A DNA stretch of 64,000 nt from Corynebacterium sp. (GTDB lineage Bacteria; Actinomycetota; Actinomycetes; Mycobacteriales; Mycobacteriaceae), in assembly GCA_034179945.1 (NCBI GenBank), contig JAXFPD010000017.1, positions 66,238 to 130,237 on the forward strand, in the 5' to 3' direction. This document shows, piece by piece, positions 1-9,281 of this stretch. The position numbers were made by a program, and so were the translations under genes. How positions within the stretch are numbered: the stretch's first letter is position 1; each line of letters begins with the position of its first letter. The notes beneath the pieces were generated by a model. It did no database searches and was not told where the DNA came from. It worked only from the letters and a program-made list of their open reading frames with translations.

Positions 1-244
1 GCTCGGCGGAGGATTCCGCCCCGTGGGAGCCGATGAGCAGGAAGGGGACGGTGGGCGGGAGCACCGCCCGCAGGGAGGTAAGGGCGCGCCCGGACAGGAT
101 CGCCACTGTGACCCCCGGGTACCCGGCGAGGCGGGTAAGCGCGGCGAGGGCGCGGGCATCGGGGACGACGTCGGCTGGGTCATCGGCAAACGGGGCCAGT
201 GTGCCGTCGAAGTCGCTGGCAATCAACAGCTGTGGTTGTGTCAT
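1..244 (-). CDS. otsB: trehalose-phosphatase OtsB, first ~81 codons only (gene runs off the left edge)
   Basis: My own minus-strand translation from the ATG (complement of 242-244) gives MTQPQLLIASDFDGTLAPFADDPADV..., which carries HAD motif I (DFDGT). The start overlaps the upstream stop as ATGA. The gene lies downstream of otsA. Confidence 0.75.
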   Translation of the reverse strand, partial: MTQPQLLIASDFDGTLAPFADDPADVVPDARALAALTRLAGYPGVTVAILSGRALTSLRAVLPPTVPFLLIGSHGAESSAE

Positions 245-666
245 CGTATGAGCTCCAAAATCTGCCCGTTGTCCTGCTCCAACTTGACCGATCGGTCACC
301 GAAGGTGACGGCAAGTGTGGGGCCGAGGAAACTCTCAATCAACTCACTGTAGTGTGGGGCGAACCCGCTACAGTCTTCTGGGCGTGTGGCCACGTCGAAG
401 CTGACGGTGTCGCGCTGCGGGGACCAGTGAGCATCCCCGGTGAAGAGGAGGCAGCCGGTGGAACCGACCACCGTCGAGGTGCCGAGGGTGATGAACGTGG
501 TGCGGGCGAGATCGTCCGGAAGTAGCGGCGGGGTGGTGTCGACGGTGTAGACGGCGTGGATTTGCCAGCGTTCCCCGTGGGTGGGTGGTGTGGCAGAACA
601 GCCGGTCATTGCCGCAGCGACGGTGAGGGCGAGGAGCACGTGAATGAGGCGGCGGCGCGGGGTCAT
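241..666 (-). CDS. META-domain (HslJ-like) lipoprotein
   Basis: This uses the internal ATG of ORF 241..840. The product is MTPRRRLIHVLLALTVAAAMTGC..., a signal peptide followed by a lipobox Cys. It has a META-like pattern (GSTGCLLFTG ... C ... L.L). ATGA overlaps join it to both otsA and otsB. Confidence 0.6.
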   Translation of the reverse strand: MTPRRRLIHVLLALTVAAAMTGCSATPPTHGERWQIHAVYTVDTTPPLLPDDLARTTFITLGTSTVVGSTGCLLFTGDAHWSPQRDTVSFDVATRPEDCSGFAPHYSELIESFLGPTLAVTFGDRSVKLEQDNGQILELIR

Positions 667-1949
667 GGGTGCCTCGCTGCGGCAAGTGTGTCCACGAATT
701 CGCGGGCCCACCGGTGGACATCGTGGTCGGCGATGTGGCGGTACATGGCGGTCATCGCCGCTTCGGACTCCGGTGTCCCGAGCCCGTCGATCGCCGCCCG
801 CAGGGCGGTTTCGATCGAGGTGACATCGTAGGGGTTGCACAGGTGGGCTTGGGCGAGTTCTTCAGCGGCGCCGGCAAACTCAGACAACACGAGGGCACCG
901 CTGCCGTCGGGGTGGCAGGAGACGTATTCCTTGGCCACAAGGTTCATCCCATCCTTGAAGGGAGTGACGGCCATGACATCGGCTGCGGTGTAGAGCGCAA
1001 TGAGCTCGTCTTTGGTGACGGTGGTGTGGAGGTAGTGGACGATGGGCCGTCCGAGTGATCCGAAGCGCCCGTTGATGCGTCCGACTTCTCGTTCCACATC
1101 GGCGCGGGTGAGCTGATAGTGGGCGACGCGTTCCCGGGAGGGGGTGGCGATTTGCACCATCGTTGCATCGCGGAGGCCGTGCTCGTAGGCCGCTTCCAGG
1201 GCTTGCAGGCGCGGGAGAATCCCCTTGGTGTAGTCGAGGCGGTCAACCCCGACGATGAGCGTGCGCGGGGTGCCCAGCTGCTCCCGCAGTGCGCGCACCT
1301 GGTGGTCGGTGGCGGGAGTGGGGATCTCGATGGAAATGGGCAGGGCGACGACGGGCGGGTGGCGGTCCACCTCGACCATGTCGAGCAGTTGGGAGAAGTT
1401 GGAGGCACTCCGCTCGACATGGAAGCCAATGAGGTCGGCCCCGGCGAGGCCGCGCACCATCTCTTCGCGCCACGGCAACTGGTGGAAGAGGTCGGGGCTG
1501 GGGAAGGGGATGTGGAGGAAGAAGCCAATGGTGAGGTCGGGGCGGGCCGCACGGAGCATGCCGGGGACAAGTTGGAGCTGATAGTCCTGCACCCACACGG
1601 TGGCGCCGGGGTCGGCGACGGAGATGATCGTGTCGCAGAAGCGCCGGTTGACGTCCACGTAGGACTCCCACCAGTGTTGGTGGAACTGGGGTGTGACGAT
1701 GAGGTCGTGGTAGAGGGGCCACAGGGTGGCGTTGCACATGCCCTCGTAGAAGTTCTCGTAGTCGGCGGAGGTAAGGGCGACGGCGGGATAGTTCGGGGGT
1801 GCCTCGCCATAGGCGGAGCCCACCCACACACCGTTACTGTGTTCGAGGACGGGGTTGAGTGCACTGACCAGCCCGCCGGGACTGGGCTGCCACGCACCGT
1901 CGCGCAGCTCCATCGGAAGCCGGTTGGCTGCGACGACGAAGGTGCTCAT
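663..1949 (-). CDS. otsA: alpha,alpha-trehalose-phosphate synthase (UDP-forming)
   Basis: From MSTFVVAANRLPMEL onward the product is a typical GT20 OtsA. The longer ORF reaching 2126 only adds a PRRKP repeat read from another frame of the tandem array, so I chose the start at complement 1947-1949. Confidence 0.9.
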   Translation of the reverse strand: MSTFVVAANRLPMELRDGAWQPSPGGLVSALNPVLEHSNGVWVGSAYGEAPPNYPAVALTSADYENFYEGMCNATLWPLYHDLIVTPQFHQHWWESYVDVNRRFCDTIISVADPGATVWVQDYQLQLVPGMLRAARPDLTIGFFLHIPFPSPDLFHQLPWREEMVRGLAGADLIGFHVERSASNFSQLLDMVEVDRHPPVVALPISIEIPTPATDHQVRALREQLGTPRTLIVGVDRLDYTKGILPRLQALEAAYEHGLRDATMVQIATPSRERVAHYQLTRADVEREVGRINGRFGSLGRPIVHYLHTTVTKDELIALYTAADVMAVTPFKDGMNLVAKEYVSCHPDGSGALVLSEFAGAAEELAQAHLCNPYDVTSIETALRAAIDGLGTPESEAAMTAMYRHIADHDVHRWAREFVDTLAAARHP

Positions 1950-1953
1950 CCGT

Positions 1954-2304
1954 CTACTTCTTTGCCGTGGTTTTCTTCGCGGTGGTCTTCTTGGCCGTGG
2001 TTTTCTTCGCGGTAGTTTTCTTTGCCGTGGTTTTCTTCGCGGTGGTCTTCTTCGCCTCAGTGGCCTCGGCGGCATCCTCCGCAGCAGCCGGGGCAGGCGG
2101 CGGGGTATGGGTGGCGGCGTAGGCATCGTAGTCGAATTCCTTGGGCATAATCCCCAACATCGACGCGATGGTCACGGCATCGAAATCATTCTCCCCATAT
2201 GTGGCGACGATGCGGCGAGCCGCAGCTGCAGTCTGTTCCTCCTGTTCACGGGCTTGAACTGCCTCGCGTTCGCGCTCTTCAAGATTCCGATCTGCCACGT
2301 GCAT
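1954..2304 (-). CDS. hypothetical protein with an acidic N-terminal domain and a C-terminal (AKKTT)x6-AKK lysine-rich repeat tail
   Basis: This is a 116-aa ORF with ggagg about 5 nt upstream of its ATG. Its TAG stop lies 4 nt before the otsA ATG. The N-terminal 80 aa are non-repetitive and protein-like. Confidence 0.6.
   Translation of the reverse strand: MHVADRNLEEREREAVQAREQEEQTAAAARRIVATYGENDFDAVTIASMLGIMPKEFDYDAYAATHTPPPAPAAAEDAAEATEAKKTTAKKTTAKKTTAKKTTAKKTTAKKTTAKK
1957..2055. repeat. 15-bp tandem repeat array, about 6.6 copies
   Basis: Direct reading shows cttctttgccgtggttttcttcgcggtggtcttcttggccgtggtt..., with units of type cttcgcggtggtctt / ctttgccgtggtttt. Confidence 0.9.
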
Positions 2305-2373
2305 ACCTCCAAGACTAGATAAACTCTCCCGTATTTTACGCCACCGGGCCCACGTCGTGGCCCTCGGCTCCCC

Positions 2374-3720
2374 TTACCCGGTGCGGGTCGACCGCACCCG
2401 CACAGCCACCGGGGGAAACAGCCGGGATGGTCGGCGCAGGCGCTGCGCCACCCACTCGCCGAGGACGAGACCGGCCGCCAACGCAACCGCAATGGCGATC
2501 GCCAACGCCATGTTCGTGAACCCCGTCGTAATCTGCGCATTGAGCAACGCATAAATGGAGCGGTAGATTGCCAACCCGGGCAACAGGGGGGTCGAACACG
2601 AGATGGCGATGATGAGTGGGGGAATGAGAAACCGCCGCGACAAAAGCCCCCCAACGCCGCCAATGAGCGTGGCCGCCACCGCCGTCGCCGTGACATATCC
2701 AAAGGTGGTAAACAGGGCAATGGTGTAATACACGCCGAGGGCAATCCAGGTGGTCACCAAAGTGATGGCGATGGGAATCGGCTCGGCATAGCAGGCGAGG
2801 GCATAGCCGGCCGCAGCCACCCCACCGATGAGTACCGTGAATGTCGCTGCCCGCACATCCGGGGTCGTGGTGAGCGTCTCCAGGGTGGGTAGGGTGATCC
2901 CGATGACGGTGCCCAGTTTGATGCCGAGAGACACCCCAGCAATGATCGCCGAGGTGTGCAGGAGCGCCTCGAAGAACCGCCCTGAGGCGGTGACCACCGC
3001 CCCCATGATCCCATCCTGGAGGGCTTGCACGAGCGTCAATCCGGCGACGAGCACGACGATGGAGGAGGCGATGATGAGCGACGGGCGCACCGACGGGGCC
3101 ACCACATAGGCGAGAATCCCTGGGACCGCCGCCAACAGTCCGCCGAGGACAAGGGCGAAGAACGCCCCGAGCCCGAGCCGCTCCACGAGCCGATAGACGG
3201 CCATGATGACCACACCGGCGAGGAAGGACACCACGGCAGCAATCCACGATCCGCCGAGGTAGAGGGCGAAGGAACCGTCGAGAAGCCCCCACCCGAACAG
3301 TTCCCACCCGATCCCGCGCGGCGGACGGGCCCGCTCGAGATCCTCCAACGCCTCGAGCGCGGCAGCCGGGGTGGTCACCCCCGCTTCGATAGAGCGGACG
3401 AGCCGACCGACCTGGGCCAATTGGGAAAAGTTCTGTTGGCGTGCGGTGACCACCCGCACAATGGTGACCGGGGTGCGCCCCGCGCCGTCCGGAACCATCG
3501 CCGAGAGAGTGATCGTGTTGAGGGTGACATCGATGTGGACGCGGGACAACCCAAAGCCGGCCACGGTGCGCCGCATACTGGTTTCCACATCCCGATTTGC
3601 CGTTCCGGCAGTGAGAATAATGTCTCCCACCTGGGCTGCAACGAGGAGAGCGGAGGCAACATGGCGCTCATTGGTTGGGTCAATAACCGGATCCACCCCT
3701 TCACTCTCACATGTGCGCAC
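2374..3720 (-). CDS. thrE: threonine/serine exporter family protein (ThrE-like)
   Basis: The 448-aa product has a soluble N-terminal part followed by about 10 hydrophobic helices. It resembles corynebacterial ThrE, and its position next to otsA matches C. glutamicum. Confidence 0.8.
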   Translation of the reverse strand: MRTCESEGVDPVIDPTNERHVASALLVAAQVGDIILTAGTANRDVETSMRRTVAGFGLSRVHIDVTLNTITLSAMVPDGAGRTPVTIVRVVTARQQNFSQLAQVGRLVRSIEAGVTTPAAALEALEDLERARPPRGIGWELFGWGLLDGSFALYLGGSWIAAVVSFLAGVVIMAVYRLVERLGLGAFFALVLGGLLAAVPGILAYVVAPSVRPSLIIASSIVVLVAGLTLVQALQDGIMGAVVTASGRFFEALLHTSAIIAGVSLGIKLGTVIGITLPTLETLTTTPDVRAATFTVLIGGVAAAGYALACYAEPIPIAITLVTTWIALGVYYTIALFTTFGYVTATAVAATLIGGVGGLLSRRFLIPPLIIAISCSTPLLPGLAIYRSIYALLNAQITTGFTNMALAIAIAVALAAGLVLGEWVAQRLRRPSRLFPPVAVRVRSTRTG

Positions 3721-3799
3721 AGCCGTGTCAAAGCCAGTTGTGGGGGCCGACTAACGGATCTGGGGAACTCTGCTATGCTAGTCCCGTTGTTTTCAACAC

Positions 3800-3872
3800 G
3801 CTGGAGTGGCGCAATCGGTAGCGCAACGGTCTTGTAAACCGTAGGTTGTGGGTTCAAGTCCCATCTCCAGCT
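3800..3872 (+). tRNA. tRNA-Thr (anticodon TGT)
   Basis: Hand-folded cloverleaf. The acceptor stem is GCTGGAG/CTCCAGC, the anticodon stem ACGGT/ACCGT, the loop CTTGTAA and the T-loop TTCAAGT. Length is 73 nt and no CCA is encoded. Confidence 0.9.
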
Positions 3873-3932
3873 CTTTTTAATAGAGTTGAGCTGGCCCAAC
3901 ACATCAACGGGCGGCGAAGGAGAAGAGCGCAC

Positions 3933-4784
3933 ATGGCGGAGAACAAGCGGCACTGGGACCCGGCGAAGGGGCAGTTCAGTGACACAGCACCGCGCGGGGG
4001 CCGACGCAAGAAGGCACGCACCTTCAACCGGCAGGCGCGCGGCGGCGTCAACCACACCCGCACCCAATCCGTCTCCGAGCGCCCCAACTTCCGCGAGGAG
4101 CGCATTGCCCTGCGCGAGCAGGAACCACCGGTCCCGCAGGACCTCGACATCCGCGACCTTGACTCGAGTGTCCGCCAGGACTTGCGCCCGCTGTCGAAGG
4201 AAAACGCCGACCGGGTGGCCAAGCACCTCATCATGGCCGCGCAGTTCATGGAGGAGGATCCGCAGCTCGCCCTCGAGCATGCGCGGGCGGCGAAGAACCG
4301 GGCTGGACGGGTCTCCGTGGTCCGCGAAACTCTCGGCATCGTCGCCTATCGGGCGGGGGAGTGGAAGGAAGCGCTCACGGAACTGCGCGCCGCCCGCCGC
4401 ATCAGCGGCGGTCCCGGCCTGCTCGCAGTGATGGCCGATGCAGAACGCGGCCTCGGCAACCCCCGCAAGGCGTTGGAGTTGGCCAACGATGAGCACGTCG
4501 GGGAGCTCGATGCGGATTCGCGCATTGAATTGGCCATTGTCCTCGCCGGAGCCCGCCAGGACCTCCGCCAATATGATGCGGCGGTGGCAGAACTCGACCG
4601 TGTCCACCCCGACCGCACCGCCCGTGGCGTCACCGCAGCCCGGCTCATCTACGCCTACGCGCAGGCGCTGGGAATGGCAGGCCGGAAACAGGAAGCCCGC
4701 GAGTGGTATCAGGCGGCCCGGCAGGCCGATGAGGAGGAGTTCTTTGACGACATTGACGAGCGGCTGAAGGAACTCGACCAATGA
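3933..4784 (+). CDS. conserved TPR-like helical-repeat protein
   Basis: This uses the internal ATG of ORF 3846..4784, because the ORF's 5' part overlaps the tRNA. The C-terminal half has TPR-like helical repeats. The gene is first in the HAD-tlyA-nadK-recN string. Confidence 0.55.
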   Translation: MAENKRHWDPAKGQFSDTAPRGGRRKKARTFNRQARGGVNHTRTQSVSERPNFREERIALREQEPPVPQDLDIRDLDSSVRQDLRPLSKENADRVAKHLIMAAQFMEEDPQLALEHARAAKNRAGRVSVVRETLGIVAYRAGEWKEALTELRAARRISGGPGLLAVMADAERGLGNPRKALELANDEHVGELDADSRIELAIVLAGARQDLRQYDAAVAELDRVHPDRTARGVTAARLIYAYAQALGMAGRKQEAREWYQAARQADEEEFFDDIDERLKELDQ

Positions 4785-5827
4785 GCTCGTCCCCACTGAG
4801 CGCACCACTTGGTCAGTTGCCTGCCCAACCGGCCGGGATCACCCGCGTCGCGGACGTGTATGACCTGCTCATCCTCGATCTCGACGGCACTGTGCGGAAG
4901 GGCCACCAGCTGCTCCCCGGTGCCGCCGACACCCTCGGGCAGGTTTCTACCGCGCGGGCATTTGTCACCAACAATGCGATGCACAGTCCCGCCGAGGTAG
5001 CGCAGATGCTCACCAGTGGGGGACTTACGGTGGAGGCAGATGCCGTGTTCACCTCCCCCCAGGCGGCCCTCGCCGAGCTCACCGTCACTGCTGAGACCCG
5101 CGTCTATGTGCTCGGCACCCCCGCCCTCGCCGAGATCGTCGAACGCAGCGGCTGCCAGGTCGTGCACGCCGGCACCCCAACCACTGAGCCGGTGGATATC
5201 GTCCTCCAGGGCTTGGACATGAACGTCGACTGGGCGCGCCTGAGCGAGGCGGCAGCCCATGTGCGCGCGGGGGCCCGCTATGTGTCCACGAATATGGATT
5301 CAACAATTCCTACCGAGACGGGCCTCGGGTTGGGCAATGGGGCGATGACGGCGGCGATCAGTGCCGCAACCGGGGTGATTCCGGACAGCTACGGCAAACC
5401 CCATCCGGCCCTCTACCATCTGGCAGCGCAGCAGTGTCAGGCGCGCACCCCACTGGCGGTGGGCGACCGGTTGGACACCGACATCGCCGCCGGTAGTGCC
5501 GCAGGTATGGATACGATGGTGGTGCTCACGGGGGTGACCACTCCGCTCGCACTGCTGTCGGCCCCGCCGGGCCAGCGGCCCCGGCTCATCGCGGAGGATA
5601 TTCGCGGTGTGCTCGCCCCGCTTGAGGAGGTAAAGGTGGGCCTGCAGGGCGGATTCGTCTCCACAATCAAGGGAAAAGACTTGATTATTTCTGGCGGCAG
5701 CGCGGACAGCACCCCTCTCCAGGCCCTCCGCAGCGTCTGCACCGCCGCGTGGACCACCACAGTGGCCCCCACCAACGTGCTCCCCGCCTCCGACTACGCC
5801 GAGAAGGCGGTGAACGCCTGGTGGTAG
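4781..5827 (+). CDS. HAD-IIA family hydrolase (sugar/glycerol-phosphate phosphatase-like)
   Basis: Motif I is LILDLDGTV, and later motifs (GDRLDTDI) are present. The start overlaps the upstream stop as ATGA. The position upstream of tlyA is conserved, as in mycobacteria. Confidence 0.8.
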   Translation: MSSSPLSAPLGQLPAQPAGITRVADVYDLLILDLDGTVRKGHQLLPGAADTLGQVSTARAFVTNNAMHSPAEVAQMLTSGGLTVEADAVFTSPQAALAELTVTAETRVYVLGTPALAEIVERSGCQVVHAGTPTTEPVDIVLQGLDMNVDWARLSEAAAHVRAGARYVSTNMDSTIPTETGLGLGNGAMTAAISAATGVIPDSYGKPHPALYHLAAQQCQARTPLAVGDRLDTDIAAGSAAGMDTMVVLTGVTTPLALLSAPPGQRPRLIAEDIRGVLAPLEEVKVGLQGGFVSTIKGKDLIISGGSADSTPLQALRSVCTAAWTTTVAPTNVLPASDYAEKAVNAWW

Positions 5828-5949
5828 AGCCCAACCCCTCCCTCCTCGAGGAGGTCACCACCCTCCTTGACACCCCCACGACGGACCTGTCGCAGCAGGC
5901 AGACCTCCTCGAGGCTGCCTATCAGCTCATCGACGAGGCCCTGCGGTGA
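5749..5949 (+). CDS. small conserved-position hypothetical protein (real start possibly GTG 5821, giving 42 aa)
   Basis: This ORF bridges the HAD gene and tlyA. GTG 5821 overlaps the HAD stop (GTGGTAG), and its own stop overlaps the tlyA GTG. I recognise no motif. Confidence 0.35.
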   Translation: MDHHSGPHQRAPRLRLRREGGERLVVEPNPSLLEEVTTLLDTPTTDLSQQADLLEAAYQLIDEALR

Positions 5950-6743
5950 GCGCCGCCCGACGGCGCCTCGACGCCGAACTCGTCCACCGCAAACTCGCCC
6001 GCTCCCGCACCCACGCCCACGACCTCATCACCGCCGGGAAGGTGACCGTCGGCGGCTTCCCCGCCACAAAACCGGCCACCCAGGTCGCCCCCGACGTCTC
6101 CATCCGCATCAGTGACACCGCCGACGACTGGGCCTCGCGCGGCGCCCACAAACTCCTCGGTGCCCTCGACGCCTTCGACCTCGACCTCACCGGCAAACGC
6201 ATCCTCGATGCAGGAGCCTCCACCGGCGGATTCACTGACGTCTGCCTGCGCCGAGGGGCGCGGGAGGTCGTCGCCGTTGATGTCGGCTACGGCCAGTTGG
6301 CGTGGCGGCTCGCCAAGGATCCACGGGTGACGGTGATGGACCGCACGAACATTCGCTTCCTCCAGTTGGAGGAGCCGTGCGAGATGATGGTGGGTGACCT
6401 CTCCTTCATCTCACTCACCCTCGTGCTCGAAACCATCGCCGCCAATCTCACCGCCGATGCCGATCTCCTGCCCATGGTGAAACCCCAGTTTGAGGTGGGC
6501 AAGGACCGGCTCGGGCACGGTGGGGTTGTTCGCTCACCACAGTTACGCGCCGAGGTCACCGCTACAATCGCCGAATTTGCCCAGTCCATCGGCCTCGGGT
6601 TGCGCGAGGTGGCCGCTTCGCCTCTCCCGGGGCCGAGCGGCAACGTAGAATACTTCCTGTGGCTGACAAAAGGGGCCACCCCCCTGTCCCACACCGATGT
6701 CATCTCCCGTGTCCACCGAGCAGTTGAGGAGGGTCCGCAGTGA
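5946..6743 (+). CDS. tlyA: TlyA family rRNA (cytidine-2'-O)-methyltransferase
   Basis: The product has an N-terminal S4 domain (RLDAELVHRKLARSR) and an FtsJ-type SAM motif (DAGASTGGFTD). Confidence 0.9.
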   Translation: MSAARRRLDAELVHRKLARSRTHAHDLITAGKVTVGGFPATKPATQVAPDVSIRISDTADDWASRGAHKLLGALDAFDLDLTGKRILDAGASTGGFTDVCLRRGAREVVAVDVGYGQLAWRLAKDPRVTVMDRTNIRFLQLEEPCEMMVGDLSFISLTLVLETIAANLTADADLLPMVKPQFEVGKDRLGHGGVVRSPQLRAEVTATIAEFAQSIGLGLREVAASPLPGPSGNVEYFLWLTKGATPLSHTDVISRVHRAVEEGPQ

Positions 6744-7567
6744 GCACAACCCCCACGGGTGAACGATCGGTCCTGGTCGTTCCACACATCCAACACGCCA
6801 ACCTGGACCATGCCATCCACGTCCTCGAAGCGGGGGGACTGCGCGTGGTGAAGGAACTCGATAACTCCGTCGAGCTGGTCATCTCCCTCGGCGGTGACGG
6901 CACCTTCCTCCGCGCCGCCGATATCGCCCACCGTGCCGATCTCCCCGTCCTCGGCATCAACTTGGGCCACGTCGGATTCCTCGCCGAATGGGAGGCCGAA
7001 TCCCTCGAGGAAGCCGTCCGCCGCGTCCGCGACCACGAATACGATGTGGAGGACCGGATGACCCTCGACGTCTCCGTCTTTGACCACACCGGTACCCAAC
7101 TGTCGCGGACGTGGGCCCTCAACGAGGCCTCGGTGGAGAAGATCGATTTCCACGGGGTCCTCGACGCCCTCCTCGAAGTCGACGAACGTGCCGTGAGCTC
7201 CTACGGGTGCGACGGGGTGCTCGTGTCCACCCCGACCGGCTCGACAGCCTACACCTTCTCGGCCGGTGGGCCGATCCTGTGGCCGGAATTGGATGCGATC
7301 GTCGTCGTCCCGAACAACGCCCATGCGCTCTTCGCCCGCCCGCTCGTCGTGAGCCCGGAATCCGTTGTCGATGTGTCCTCGAAGACTGCCGCCCAGGTCG
7401 TCGCCGACGGGTTCCGCATTATGCAGATTCCCCCGCAGGGGCGGGTGCGGGTGCTGCGCGGCAGCCAGCCGGTGCGGTGGGTGCGTCTTGACGACGGAAC
7501 CTTCACCGACCGCCTCGTGAGCAAGTTCAAACTGCCGGTCACCGGATGGCGGGAGAGGGGTGCCTGA
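6740..7567 (+). CDS. nadK: NAD kinase
   Basis: The GGDGT motif is present (SLGGDGTFLRAA) along with the NE/ASVEK region. The start overlaps the tlyA stop as GTGA. Confidence 0.9.
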   Translation: MSTTPTGERSVLVVPHIQHANLDHAIHVLEAGGLRVVKELDNSVELVISLGGDGTFLRAADIAHRADLPVLGINLGHVGFLAEWEAESLEEAVRRVRDHEYDVEDRMTLDVSVFDHTGTQLSRTWALNEASVEKIDFHGVLDALLEVDERAVSSYGCDGVLVSTPTGSTAYTFSAGGPILWPELDAIVVVPNNAHALFARPLVVSPESVVDVSSKTAAQVVADGFRIMQIPPQGRVRVLRGSQPVRWVRLDDGTFTDRLVSKFKLPVTGWRERGA

Positions 7568-7569
7568 GC

Positions 7570-9222
7570 GTGCTCACGGAGCTGGTCATCGCCAACCTCG
7601 GCGTCATTGAGCACGCGAGTGTGCACCCCGCCGCCGGGTTCACCGTGCTCACCGGTGAAACCGGGGCCGGAAAGACCATGCTCATCGAGGGTGTGCGGCT
7701 GCTACGCGGCGAACGCGCCGACGCCTCCCGCGTCCGCGACACCGCCGAGCGGGCCAGCGTCGACGGCCACTTCACCATCACCCCCGCCCGCGCCGAGGCC
7801 CTCCACAACGACGACATTGATCTCGATGAAAACGGCGAACTTGTGATCACCCGCAGTATCACCGTACACGGGCGCTCGAGCGCCCACCTCGGGGGAGTGG
7901 CGGTCCCGGCGAGCCGGCTCCGCGAGGCCACCGGGGACCTCGTCACCATCCACGGCCAGCACGACCAACTGCGCCTCATGAACTCCGACGCCCAGCGCGA
8001 CGCCCTCGACAGTTTCGATCCGGCCATCGCCGCCCTCCGCGCGAACTACGAGCAGGCCTACCGGCAGTGGACCAACATCGCCCGGACGCTGCGCGAACGC
8101 GTCACCCACCGGCGCGAACTGGCCCAGGAGATTGACCGGCTCAGCTTCGCCCTCGAGGAGATCGGCGCAATCAACCCGCAGCCCGGGGAAGAGGAGGAGC
8201 TTTCCACCCGCATCCGCCGCCTCAGCGACCTCGACACCCTCCGGGCGGCAGCCACCACCGCCCTCACCGCCATCGACGGAGACGAGGACGCCCTCGACGA
8301 CCACGGCGCCTCCACCGCCGTGGGTGCAGCCCTGACGGCGCTGCGCGGAGCTGAGGATCCACAGTTGCACGAGGTCGCCGAGCTCGTCGACACAGCAGGC
8401 GCACACCTGCGGGAGGCGGCCGACCGGTTGAGCCACTTCCTCACCGAGCTTCCCACCGATGACCGGGCCCTCCAGGCCGCCCTCGAACGCCAGCAGGCGC
8501 TGCGCGGGTTGACCCGCAAGTACGCCGCCGACCTGCCCGGGGTCATTGCCTGGCGGGAGGCGGCAACCGAGCGCCTCGCCGGAATCGATATCTCCACCGA
8601 GGCCATCGAACAGATGAAGGATGACCTCCACTCCGCCAGTGCCACCCTCGAGGCAGCACAACACGAGCTCACCGCCGCACGTACCGAGGCCGCAACCCGT
8701 CTCGGGGAGGCGGTCACCGCCGAACTCCACGGTTTGGCGATGGCCAGTTCCACGCTCACCGTCTCGGTCACCCCCACCGACCGCACCCGCCACGGCGCCG
8801 ACGAGGTGGAATTCCTCCTCAACGGGAAGAAACTGTCCACCGCAGCCTCCGGTGGCGAACTGTCCCGGGTGATGCTCGCCCTCGAAGTCCTCCTCTCCAC
8901 TGGTGGCACCACCCTCGTCTTCGATGAGGTTGACCAAGGGGTGGGCGGCCGCGCAGCCGGGGCCATTGGCCAGCGCTTGGCCGCTTTGGCCCGCACGAAC
9001 CAGGTGATTGTGGTCACCCACCTGCCACAGGTCGCCGCCTACGCGCACACCCACATCCATGTGGCGAAGGCGGAGGGCCACGCCCCAGTATCCCAGGTGC
9101 ATGTGCTCACCGAGGCGGAGCGAGTGGAGGAAATCGCCCGCATGTTGGCCGGCCTCGACGGCACGGAAACCGGTCGCGCGCACGCACAGGAACTGCTCGA
9201 ACGCGCTCACCAGATGCAGTAA
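7570..9222 (+). CDS. recN: DNA repair protein RecN
   Basis: Walker A is GETGAGKT, followed by long coiled coils and a C-terminal SMC signature (SGGELSRVMLAL) with Walker B (LVFDEVD). GTG 7570 gives the usual LxELxIxN N-terminus. ATG 7546 is an alternative start. Confidence 0.9.
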   Translation: MLTELVIANLGVIEHASVHPAAGFTVLTGETGAGKTMLIEGVRLLRGERADASRVRDTAERASVDGHFTITPARAEALHNDDIDLDENGELVITRSITVHGRSSAHLGGVAVPASRLREATGDLVTIHGQHDQLRLMNSDAQRDALDSFDPAIAALRANYEQAYRQWTNIARTLRERVTHRRELAQEIDRLSFALEEIGAINPQPGEEEELSTRIRRLSDLDTLRAAATTALTAIDGDEDALDDHGASTAVGAALTALRGAEDPQLHEVAELVDTAGAHLREAADRLSHFLTELPTDDRALQAALERQQALRGLTRKYAADLPGVIAWREAATERLAGIDISTEAIEQMKDDLHSASATLEAAQHELTAARTEAATRLGEAVTAELHGLAMASSTLTVSVTPTDRTRHGADEVEFLLNGKKLSTAASGGELSRVMLALEVLLSTGGTTLVFDEVDQGVGGRAAGAIGQRLAALARTNQVIVVTHLPQVAAYAHTHIHVAKAEGHAPVSQVHVLTEAERVEEIARMLAGLDGTETGRAHAQELLERAHQMQ

Positions 9223-9281
9223 TCGGGTTCGCCTCGGTGAGCCTCACCGACTTTCGCCCGTTTATCAGCACAATGGGGGCT

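Noticed and set aside
1950-2126. N-terminal extension of OtsA carrying PRRKPRQRK-type repeats (the full ORF 663..2126).
   Set aside because: The canonical OtsA N-terminus (MSTFVVAANRLP) begins at an internal ATG. The extension is just another frame of the 15-bp array. The alternative frame gives a complete upstream ORF with an SD sequence and a stop 4 nt before the otsA ATG.
2374-3872. tRNA-Thr lies immediately upstream of the threonine exporter gene thrE, which might suggest a functional link.
   Set aside because: The two are on opposite strands and divergent, and no shared regulatory element is visible. This is most likely coincidence.
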